Below, piece after piece: positions 46,434-54,338 of a DNA stretch of 64,000 nt. The notes beneath the pieces were generated by a model. The model saw nothing but the letters and a program-made list of their open reading frames with translations, made no database searches and had not been told where the DNA came from. The position numbers and the translations under genes are program-made. The stretch spans positions 417,341-481,340 of the forward strand of contig JBBPIR010000001.1 of NCBI GenBank assembly GCA_038040195.1, read 5' to 3'. The number at the start of each line of letters is the position of its first letter. Position 1 is the first letter of the stretch. The DNA comes from Chloroflexota bacterium. GTDB lineage: Bacteria > Chloroflexota > Limnocylindria > QHBO01.

Positions 46434-48158
46434 CTACTCGCCGTCCAGCTTGCCAGTGGCGGCGATCCGGGCCTCGCTGCCGCCACGCCCGGTGGCCAGC
46501 AGGATCCGCCCGCTGGCCTGGGCCTGGTACAGGGTCTCCACGGTGGCCAGGTCATCGATCTCGGCCACGGTCTTGTCGTCGCGCACTCGCACGATCCGTG
46601 GGAAGCGCAGCGCGAACCCGCTCCCGTGCCGACCGCTGCGCATGATCCGATCGAACGCGATCTCAACCACGACCTCCGGCACCACGCTCCGGAAGCGTCC
46701 GAAGTCGCGCACCGTGGTGCGCAGGAAATGCTCGGTGAAGGCGGCGATCTCGGCATCGGTCAGGCCGGTGTAGGCCTTGCCGATGACGGCCAGCGAGGCA
46801 CCGTCCGGCTCGCGCACGGCAAAGGTGTAGTCCGACAGGACGCCGCGACGCTTGCCGTGGCCCCACTCCACGCCGACCACCACGCAATCCAGGGTGGCCA
46901 GCGCCTTCTTCAGCTTCAGCCAGCCCAGGCCGCGCCGGCCGGGCTGGTAGACCGAGGTCGGGTCTTTGACCATCAGCCCCTCGTTGTGCCGCTCACGGGC
47001 GGCGTCGAACAGCTCGTCCACTTCCTCCGCTGAGCGGGCCCGGTTCAGGCGCGCGTACAGGAACCGGGCGTCGGTTCGCTCGGGGAGCTCGAGGCGCTCG
47101 AGAGCGGTGCGCCGATCCCGAAGTGGCCGCTCCAGCAGGTCCGCTCCGTTCAGATGGAGGAGGTCGAACGCGACCAGGGCGACGGGCACGCGCTCGAGAA
47201 GGGCGGCGTCGGGCCGTACTCGGCCCAGACGAGTCTGGAGAGCCGCGAAGTCCAGCACCGCGCCCGCCTTGAAGGGCACGAGCTCACCGTCGAGCACGAG
47301 CGACTCGGACAGGTCCGCGACGGCCGCCGTGACCTCCGGGAAGGAAACCGTGATCTCCTTCAGGTCACGACTGAACAGCCGACCCTGGCCGTCGCGGAGG
47401 TGGAGCTGAGCCCGGATGCCGTCGTACTTGTCCTCCACCCAGGCCTCGGACCCGACCCGCCGCATGACCTCGGCCGCGTCGCCGACCGGAGTCGCCAGCA
47501 TGGGCCGGATGGGCCGACCCAGGTCCAGCGCGGCCTGGTCGAGCGTTCCCCGGCGGGCCAGTTGGGCCGCCTCGCCCGGCTCGCCGAGCAGCATGAGCGC
47601 CCGGCGGACCGATTCGAGCGGCGCCGCGAAAGCAGCGGCGATGGCCTCTTCGAGCAGCCCTTCGCGCAGGCCGATGCGCAGCTCGCGCGCCGCGATGCGG
47701 CCCACGTAGCGGGCCTCGGCCGGGGTCGCGCGCCGGAACAGGTCGGCCATCAGGGCCACCCGCGCCTCGGCGCTCGAGGCATCGGACATGGCCCGGTAGC
47801 CGCGTGCCACATCGGACACGGTAAGCGGCGGCCCCGCCGATTGCCGGCCGGCGAGCAGCTCCGCGGCCACATCCCCGAAGTCCGAGTGGCGCAGCCAGGC
47901 AGCCGACATGGCGCTCTCGTCCACACCGCTGGCCGCCGCCAGCGCGGCCGCCTGCTGGACCCAGCCCAGGCCCAGGCGGTCCGCGGCGCCGGGGAGCGGC
48001 TTGCCCGACAGGAAAGTGGCCGCCGACGGCAGGTCGCCGGCGGGCAGCTCGCGCAGGTAGGTCGCCAGCCGATCCCGCTTGGCCAGCTTGGAGCGGGTGG
48101 CGGCCACGTCGTCGGCGGCGGTCGCGAACGCGGCAAACGGGGAGCTGCGGGGCGCCAT
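46434..48158 (-). CDS. lig: ATP-dependent DNA ligase (Lig1-like, LigB/LigC type) with DNA-binding, adenylation and OB domains
   Basis: Motif I WVEDKYDGIRAQL with catalytic Lys, plus motif III, IV and V equivalents (FDLLHLNG..., EGLMVKDPTSVYQPGRRGLGWLKLK). Confidence 0.85.
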   Translation of the reverse strand: MAPRSSPFAAFATAADDVAATRSKLAKRDRLATYLRELPAGDLPSAATFLSGKPLPGAADRLGLGWVQQAAALAAASGVDESAMSAAWLRHSDFGDVAAELLAGRQSAGPPLTVSDVARGYRAMSDASSAEARVALMADLFRRATPAEARYVGRIAARELRIGLREGLLEEAIAAAFAAPLESVRRALMLLGEPGEAAQLARRGTLDQAALDLGRPIRPMLATPVGDAAEVMRRVGSEAWVEDKYDGIRAQLHLRDGQGRLFSRDLKEITVSFPEVTAAVADLSESLVLDGELVPFKAGAVLDFAALQTRLGRVRPDAALLERVPVALVAFDLLHLNGADLLERPLRDRRTALERLELPERTDARFLYARLNRARSAEEVDELFDAARERHNEGLMVKDPTSVYQPGRRGLGWLKLKKALATLDCVVVGVEWGHGKRRGVLSDYTFAVREPDGASLAVIGKAYTGLTDAEIAAFTEHFLRTTVRDFGRFRSVVPEVVVEIAFDRIMRSGRHGSGFALRFPRIVRVRDDKTVAEIDDLATVETLYQAQASGRILLATGRGGSEARIAATGKLDGE

Positions 48159-48254
48159 CGGAGGAGTCTAGGCGCCCGCTTGACGGGCGCCTACGGTCCG
48201 GCCACCCTTGCGGGCAATGGTGTCCTGGCAACGCAGCCCGTCACTGAAACGACC

Positions 48255-48590
48255 GTGACCGCCCAGCCACAACCGCGGCGCCTCTCCCCGCTGTGGCGGA
48301 CCGCGGTCATCTGCTTCGTCGGCCTGACCGTATCGGGAGCATTGATCGCGCTGTCGCTTTTCACGCGCAACGTCGACCTGTTCGTCATCCTGACCCTGGT
48401 CGCAACCTTCCTCTCGGCCGGGGTCGGGGTGTTCGCCGCGATCCAGGGCTGGAGGGGGTCGCAGCGGGCGGCGGCCCGGGGCGCGCAGGGCCGTTCGGCG
48501 GCTATTGCCGTGGCGGCCGGGCTCATGCTGATCGTCACCGCGGTCGCCATCTCGGGCGCGATTTGGGTCGGCCTTCTGTTCTTCCTGTAG
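48255..48590 (+). CDS. Small hypothetical membrane protein (3 TM)
   Basis: Hydrophobic helices (AVICFVGLTVSGALIALSLF, VILTLVATFLSAGVGVFAAI, LMLIVTAVAISGAIWVGLLFFL); start codon uncertain (GTG 48255 or CTG 48225). Confidence 0.3.
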   Translation: MTAQPQPRRLSPLWRTAVICFVGLTVSGALIALSLFTRNVDLFVILTLVATFLSAGVGVFAAIQGWRGSQRAAARGAQGRSAAIAVAAGLMLIVTAVAISGAIWVGLLFFL

Positions 48591-48619
48591 ACCGACATCG
48601 GCCTACCATGTGGTCGACC

Positions 48620-48696
48620 GCCCCCATCGTCTAGAGGCCTAGGACGCCACCCTTTCAAGGTGGAGATCACCGGTTCGAATCCGGTTGGGGGCGCCA
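48620..48696 (+). tRNA. tRNA-Glu (anticodon UUC)
   Basis: Cloverleaf read directly: acceptor GCCCCCA/UGGGGGC; D-arm UCUAGAGGCCUAGGA (typical of tRNA-Glu); anticodon loop CUUUCAA; T-arm GGUUCGAAUCC; encoded CCA. Confidence 0.85.
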
Positions 48697-48699
48697 ACC

Positions 48700-48879
48700 C
48701 TAGACGTGATGGATCTCCATCCGCTCCCCGCACTCGGGGCAGTGGAGCAGGAGCAGCTTCGGATCGTCCGCCGAGGGCCGCCAGGTGTAGACATCGGCCT
48801 CAGTCACGATCTCGCCGCAGGTTGGGCACTCGGCTCCGAACACCAGCCACTGCTCGCGCGGCAACGACTGACGGCCCAC
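48700..48879 (-). CDS. Small zinc-ribbon protein (two CPxCG motifs)
   Basis: CPTCG...CPECG pair about 27 residues apart; GTG (or TTG) start inferred; sits directly after the tRNA 3' end on the opposite strand. Confidence 0.3.
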   Translation of the reverse strand: MGRQSLPREQWLVFGAECPTCGEIVTEADVYTWRPSADDPKLLLLHCPECGERMEIHHV

Positions 48880-48887
48880 GGCGGTGC

Positions 48888-49280
48888 CTAGTCCTCGGCG
48901 GGGGTATCGGTCGGCGTCGGCCCGGCAGGGGGCGGAGGCTCCCAGCCCGGCATCCGGGAGGGCGGTTCGGAGAGCACCTCGCGGGCGGCCGCGGCCTCCT
49001 CGGGGCTGGCCAGCAGGGAGTAGCGCATGGCGTCGTAGCCCGGCCAATGGCCCACGTCGCCGTCGCGGATCATGACCGCGCGCTTGAGATGGGTGCCGGT
49101 GACGTCCTGGACCGAGCGGTCGAGCACCTCGTAGTCACGCCCGGTGACCTCTCGCAGCGCGTCGGGCAGGGTCTCGACCAAGTAGTAGGGATCGGGGTTG
49201 ACGGCCAGCGCCCGGCCCAGCGCCTCGACCACGGTCGCATCGGGCAGGTCGCGGGGGAGTGGACGGCTGATGTATTCCAT
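48888..49280 (-). CDS. Hypothetical protein (130 aa), Pro-rich C-terminus
   Basis: ATG at 49280; no domain recognised; the rest of the 448-aa ORF is low-complexity antisense to galU and discounted. Confidence 0.35.
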   Translation of the reverse strand: MEYISRPLPRDLPDATVVEALGRALAVNPDPYYLVETLPDALREVTGRDYEVLDRSVQDVTGTHLKRAVMIRDGDVGHWPGYDAMRYSLLASPEEAAAAREVLSEPPSRMPGWEPPPPAGPTPTDTPAED

Positions 49281-49472
49281 CCGGGGGTCCCGGCTGGGAC
49301 CCAGGAGCGTGCGCCACAGGCTGCGAACCATCGGACGGCGATTGTACCGATGCCGGCTGACGGGTGGCTGCCCGCCCATCGGTATACTGGCCGCCGCGTG
49401 AAACCGTCCGTCCACCCGCCCGGCAGGACCGACCCGCGCCGCTGACAGCCAGCCACCTGGAGGAACCTTCGC

Positions 49473-50351
49473 ATCACCGCGCGCGTCCGCAAGGCGGTCC
49501 TCCCCGCCGCCGGCTTCGGGACCCGATTCCTGCCGGCAACCAAGGCCATTCCCAAGGAGATCCTGCCCCTCGTCGACCGGCCGGTCATCCAGTACGCGGT
49601 CGAGGAAGCCGTCGCCTCGGGCATCGAGCAGATCATCATCGTCGTCGGTTCGGGGACGAGCGTCATCGAGGAGCACTTCGACTCGCACCCGGCGATGGAG
49701 CGCTGGCTTGAGGATCGGGGTGACATCGAGCTCCTGCGCGCGGTCCGCCACCAGTCCGAGTACGGCGCAATCGCGTATGTCCGCCAGAAGGAGCCGCTGG
49801 GGCTGGGCCACGCGATCCTGATGGCCAAGGAGCTGGTCGGCGACGAGCCGTTCGCGGTGCTCCTTCCCGACGATGTCATGGTCAACCCCGGTGGGGCCCC
49901 GGTCATCGCGCAGCTGATGGAGGCCCACAGCGCGCACCGCGGATCGGTGATCGCCATCACCCGGGTCCCGCCCGCCGAAGCCAGCCGCTACGGGATCGTG
50001 CGCACCACCCGCGGCGAAGGCCGGCTGTGGGAGCTGGCCGACGTGGTCGAGAAGCCGCCGGTGGACGAGGCCCCGTCCGACCTGGCGGTGCTGGGCCGCT
50101 ACGTCCTGAGCCCGCGCATCTTCGACGAGCTCGAGCACACCCCCCAGGGCGCTGGGGGCGAGATCCAGCTCACCGACGCCATTCGGTCCCTCATCGCCGA
50201 CCAGACCGTGTACGGCTACCAGTTCGCCGGCCACCGCTACGACGCCGGCACCCGGATCGGCTGGCTGGAGGCCAACGTGGCGCTGGCCCTGGAGTCGGAC
50301 CTGGCCGACGACTTCCGCACCTACCTCCGCGGCCTCGACCTGCGAGACTAG
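49473..50351 (+). CDS. galU: UTP--glucose-1-phosphate uridylyltransferase GalU
   Basis: GalU motifs KAVLPAAGFGTRFLPATKAIPKEILPLVDRPVIQY and onward. The in-frame N-terminus has no ATG/GTG/TTG between the upstream TGA (49443) and the conserved KAV; the proposed start is ATC at 49473, 7 nt after GGAGGAA. Confidence 0.75.
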   Translation: MTARVRKAVLPAAGFGTRFLPATKAIPKEILPLVDRPVIQYAVEEAVASGIEQIIIVVGSGTSVIEEHFDSHPAMERWLEDRGDIELLRAVRHQSEYGAIAYVRQKEPLGLGHAILMAKELVGDEPFAVLLPDDVMVNPGGAPVIAQLMEAHSAHRGSVIAITRVPPAEASRYGIVRTTRGEGRLWELADVVEKPPVDEAPSDLAVLGRYVLSPRIFDELEHTPQGAGGEIQLTDAIRSLIADQTVYGYQFAGHRYDAGTRIGWLEANVALALESDLADDFRTYLRGLDLRD

Positions 50352-50356
50352 CTGCC

Positions 50357-51964
50357 ATGAGCCAGGCGGCCAAGGGCCGGGTCATCGCGGGCCGCTACCA
50401 GCTCATCGCCCTCGTCGGCGAGGGGGGCATGGCCACTCTGTGGCGGGCGATGGACGAGCAGCTCGAGCGCGAGGTGGCGGTCAAGATCCTCCGCCCCCAG
50501 TTCGGCGCCGATCCCGGATTCGCGGCTCGATTCCGCAATGAGGCGCGGATCGCCGGCTCGCTATCCCATCCCAGCATCGTCCAGGTCTACGACTTCGGAA
50601 CCGATCCCGACGGCGGCGACCAGTACATCGTCATGCAGCTGGTCGAGGGCCAGGACCTGGCCGCCGTCCTTCGCGAGCGCGGCCCGCTCGCGGTCAACGA
50701 GGCGGTGGGCATCGGAGCCGCGGTTGCGGATGCCCTGGACGCCGCGCATCGCCACGGGCTGGTGCACCGCGACATCAAGCCCGGCAACATCCTGATCACG
50801 CCCGCGGGGCGGGCCCTGGTCACGGACTTCGGCATCTCGCGCGCCATCACCGACGCGTCGATGACGGTGACCGGGACCACGATCGGTTCGGTGCACTATT
50901 TCAGCCCGGAGCAGGCGGCCGGCGAAGAGGTAGGCCCGCCATCCGACATCTATGCCTTGGGCATCGTGCTGTACGAGATGCTGAGCGGGCGCCGCCCATT
51001 CCAGGCCGACTCCGCCGCCGGGGTGGCACTCAAGCGCCTGAACGAGCCGCCACCACCCCTGTCGACCGGGATCCGGCCCATCCCGCCTCGTCTCGATGCG
51101 GTGGTCATGCGCGCCCTGGAGCGGGACCCGGCCCGTCGCTACGCGAGCGCCGCCGATTTCGCGCGGGCCCTCCGCGACTGGCCGAGCGAAGAGGAGACGG
51201 CTGCCATCGTGGCCCCGCTGCCGGTGGCCCCGCCTCTCGTCGTCCCTCCACCAGTCGTCCCGCCGCCGCTCGAGCCCGAACCCCCGTCTGGGCCGCCCTT
51301 CGGACCGCCCTTCGTGCCTCCGCCTGCCTTCGGCCCGCCCCCCAGGAAGGGGCAGCCGTGGTGGATCTGGCTGTTGGCCGTCCTGGCGGTACTCATGCTG
51401 GGCGCGATGGGCTTCCTGGCCGCTCGCCTGCTGGGAGCCATCGGGCCCGACGCGGAGGCCAGCCCCAGCGCCGAGGTGTTCGCCCTCCCCAACTGGGTCG
51501 GGGACCCGATCGTGGCCGTCCGCGCGGAGGCCGACCGCCTGGGCCTCCATCTGGACGAGCGGCCCGAGTCCAGCGAGGACGTGCCCGAGGGCGAGGTCGT
51601 ATCGACGGATCCCGAGCCGTTCTCCCAGGTCCACGAGGGCGACCGGATCAGGGTCTTCGTGAGCTCCGGCGAGGAGACGGTCGAGGTCCCACTCCTGGCT
51701 GGGCAGACGCGGGATGAGGCGAGGGACACCTTGGTCGCCGCTCAGCTGCAGCTTGGTCTCGTCACGCAAGAGCCCTCCGACCAGCCGGAGGGAACGGTGA
51801 TCCGATCCACCCCCGCGGCGGGCACGACGGTAGAAGCCGGCTCGCAGGTCGACATCGTGCTGTCGGCCGGGCCGACCCCCAGCCCGACGCCACTCCCGAC
51901 ACCTCCGCCCACGCCGGTCCCGACGCCGACACCCCCGCCCCCGATGCCCGAGCCTTCGACCTAG
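50357..51964 (+). CDS. PknB-like Ser/Thr protein kinase with TM helix and two extracellular PASTA domains
   Basis: Hanks kinase motifs (GEGGMATLW, AVK, HRDIKPGNIL, DFG, SPEQ); Pro-rich linker; TM (WWIWLLAVLAVLMLGAMGFLAA); two PASTA-like repeats; PT-rich tail. Confidence 0.85.
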   Translation: MSQAAKGRVIAGRYQLIALVGEGGMATLWRAMDEQLEREVAVKILRPQFGADPGFAARFRNEARIAGSLSHPSIVQVYDFGTDPDGGDQYIVMQLVEGQDLAAVLRERGPLAVNEAVGIGAAVADALDAAHRHGLVHRDIKPGNILITPAGRALVTDFGISRAITDASMTVTGTTIGSVHYFSPEQAAGEEVGPPSDIYALGIVLYEMLSGRRPFQADSAAGVALKRLNEPPPPLSTGIRPIPPRLDAVVMRALERDPARRYASAADFARALRDWPSEEETAAIVAPLPVAPPLVVPPPVVPPPLEPEPPSGPPFGPPFVPPPAFGPPPRKGQPWWIWLLAVLAVLMLGAMGFLAARLLGAIGPDAEASPSAEVFALPNWVGDPIVAVRAEADRLGLHLDERPESSEDVPEGEVVSTDPEPFSQVHEGDRIRVFVSSGEETVEVPLLAGQTRDEARDTLVAAQLQLGLVTQEPSDQPEGTVIRSTPAAGTTVEAGSQVDIVLSAGPTPSPTPLPTPPPTPVPTPTPPPPMPEPST

Positions 51965-52030
51965 CCCGGGCTGACCGGCCGGCGGTGCTAGGATGGCCGA
52001 CGCTTCACCGTCCACCGCCAATGAGGTCAT

Positions 52031-52357
52031 GTGCCGATGTCCCCCGTCGCCGTCGACGAGACGACGTTCGAGTCCGAGGTGCTGAACAGCGAGAAGCCGG
52101 TCCTGGTTGACTTCTGGGCCCCGTGGTGCGGCCCGTGTCGACTGGTGTCGCCGGTGGTCGAGTCGATCGGTGACTCACACGCCGACAAGATCGGCGTGGC
52201 CAAGCTGAACACCGATGAGAACCAGGAGCTGGCGATGCGCTACAGCATCTTTAGCATCCCGACCCTGATCCTGTTCAAGGACGGACGCGAGGCTGCTCGA
52301 CTGGTCGGCTACATGCCGCAGCCGGTGATCGAAGAGCGCCTGAGGGACTGGCTGTAG
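52031..52357 (+). CDS. trxA: Thioredoxin
   Basis: Active site WAPWCGPC; typical 108-aa thioredoxin fold. Confidence 0.85.
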   Translation: MPMSPVAVDETTFESEVLNSEKPVLVDFWAPWCGPCRLVSPVVESIGDSHADKIGVAKLNTDENQELAMRYSIFSIPTLILFKDGREAARLVGYMPQPVIEERLRDWL

Positions 52358-52369
52358 GCCAGTCACCCG

Positions 52370-52975
52370 ATGGAGGGACGGCCACCACCCCGCCAGATCG
52401 TCATCCGGCCCGAGCGCCGGACCGGTCCCGAACGCCGTCAGGCCGAAACCTCGTCGCCGGGCGACCGCCGCGAGGGCGACGAGCGGCGCACGATGTGCTG
52501 GGAGGTCGAGAACTGCGATCTCGCCATCCGCTACCGGTGCCCCGCCTTCATCCTGCGCCGGCCGTGCTGGGAGCTGTGGGCGGTGGAGGGCCTGGGCCCC
52601 GCCCGCGCCTGCTGCCACAACGACACCGACTGCGAGCCGGGCCGATGTGCGATCGCCGAGAAGCGGTTCGCGGCTACCGCCACCGCCACCGCGACCGCCG
52701 AGCCACTGGCGGTGCACGTCGGGCGGCGTGGCGCGCCGCTGGGCTTCAGCCGGCCCCGGCGCCACAGCTGTCCGAACTTCTTCGTGACCCATGGGTCGGG
52801 AGATCGGATCCCGGTCGACGCCCCGCATCTTCTCCGATCGTTGGCCAAGCAGGAAGGCACGGTGTCGCGCTGCCGGGTGCGCGGTGGCGTCCACCTGGAC
52901 AGCGGATATGTCACCGACCTGTGCCTGACCGGGCAGTACCGCGACTGCGTGTTCTACGAGGACGAGCAGGACTGA
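52370..52975 (+). CDS. Hypothetical Cys-rich protein (201 aa; about 14 Cys)
   Basis: Arg/Glu-rich N-terminus, then spaced Cys (CWEVENC...C...CCHNDTDC...C); Ala-Thr repeat (ATATATATA); a second Cys cluster; no recognised family; overlaps the probable folC start. Confidence 0.35.
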   Translation: MEGRPPPRQIVIRPERRTGPERRQAETSSPGDRREGDERRTMCWEVENCDLAIRYRCPAFILRRPCWELWAVEGLGPARACCHNDTDCEPGRCAIAEKRFAATATATATAEPLAVHVGRRGAPLGFSRPRRHSCPNFFVTHGSGDRIPVDAPHLLRSLAKQEGTVSRCRVRGGVHLDSGYVTDLCLTGQYRDCVFYEDEQD

Positions 52976-54330
52976 GCGCGGCCCTCGCGTACCCGGCTGC
53001 GGTAGCGGCCATTCGCCGCCGGGGGCGCTTCGGGGTGAGCCTGGGCCTGGCGCGCATCGAGCGCCTGCTGGCCGGGCTCGACCATCCGGAGCGGCAGCTG
53101 CATGGCGCCCTGGTGGGCGGCACCAATGGCAAGGGCAGCGTGGTGGCGCTGGCTGGCGCCGTGCTGCACGAGGCGGGCGTGCGCGTGGGGTCCATGCCGA
53201 AGCCGCACCTGGTCGCGTACCGGGAGCGGATCCTGGTCGACGGCCAGATGCTGCCTCCAGCGGCCTTTGGCGCCACCGTCGAGTCCGTGCTCGTCGAAGC
53301 GGACCGCATCGTCGACGAGGGCGGGCCACCGACCGAATTCGAAGTCCTGACCGCGGCGGGCTTCCTGGCCCTGGCGCGGGCCAGGGTGGATCTCGCCCTG
53401 GTCGAGGTCGGCCTCGGCGGCCGGCTGGACGCCACCAACGCGGCGGATCTGGGGGTGGCGGCCGTCACCACGGTGACCCACGACCACGAGCGTCACCTGG
53501 GACACACCCTGGCGGCCATCGGCGGCGAGAAGGCGGCCATCATCAAGTCCGGTGACCTGGCGGTGACCGGCGCCCGCGGGCAGGGCCTGGCTCCCATTGC
53601 CGCGCGGTGCGCGGCGTTGGGCGTGCCACTCCGCCGGGCCGGCCCCGGCCAGGGGTGGGAGGCGCGCGTCGTGGACAGCGGCTGGGACGGGGTGGTGGTC
53701 GACCTGAGAACGCCCCACGGCTGGGTGCGTGACCTTCGGGTCGGGCTGCTGGGCAGCCATCAGGCAATGAACGCGGCGGTGGCAGCCGCCCTGCTCGACG
53801 CGCTGCGCGAGGACGGGGAGCGGCGGGGCCGGCCGGTCACGGTGAGCGAGGAGGCGCTGCGGGCCGGCCTGGCCGCCGCCCGCTGGCCGGGGCGCCTGGA
53901 GCTGTTCGGCGCGGCGGCGGGGGGCCGCGACGTCCTGCTCGACGGGGCCCACAACCCCGCCGGGGCGCGAGCGCTGACGCGGGCGCTGGGCGAGCTGGGC
54001 GTGCGCCGCTTCCCCCTCGTGTTCGGGGCCATGCGCGGAAAGCGGGTGGCCGCTGTGCTGCGCGCGCTTGCGCCCCTCGAGCCGCGCCCGGTGTTCACCG
54101 CGGTTGCGGACCCGCATGCCCTGCCGCCCGACCGGCTGCTGCGGACCTGGCGACGGGTCGCTCCCCACCTCCGGGGAGCCGAGGCCGGCACGACGGCACC
54201 GACTCCCGACCAGGCCCTGCTGCGGGCTGCCGCACTCGGTCCGTCCGCCGGGCCGGTGGTCGTGGCCGGCTCGCTGTACCTGGTCGGCGCGATTCGTGCC
54301 ACGCTGACCGGCGAGCAGCCCGACGCCTGA
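52972..54330 (+). CDS. folC: Folylpolyglutamate synthase / dihydrofolate synthase FolC (Mur ligase family)
   Basis: P-loop GGTNGKGS and Mur-ligase middle/C-terminal domains (VTHDHERHLG, LLDGAHNPAGA); start codon uncertain (non-ATG; approximate). Confidence 0.8.
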   Translation: MSAALAYPAAVAAIRRRGRFGVSLGLARIERLLAGLDHPERQLHGALVGGTNGKGSVVALAGAVLHEAGVRVGSMPKPHLVAYRERILVDGQMLPPAAFGATVESVLVEADRIVDEGGPPTEFEVLTAAGFLALARARVDLALVEVGLGGRLDATNAADLGVAAVTTVTHDHERHLGHTLAAIGGEKAAIIKSGDLAVTGARGQGLAPIAARCAALGVPLRRAGPGQGWEARVVDSGWDGVVVDLRTPHGWVRDLRVGLLGSHQAMNAAVAAALLDALREDGERRGRPVTVSEEALRAGLAAARWPGRLELFGAAAGGRDVLLDGAHNPAGARALTRALGELGVRRFPLVFGAMRGKRVAAVLRALAPLEPRPVFTAVADPHALPPDRLLRTWRRVAPHLRGAEAGTTAPTPDQALLRAAALGPSAGPVVVAGSLYLVGAIRATLTGEQPDA

Positions 54331-54338
54331 GGACCCAT

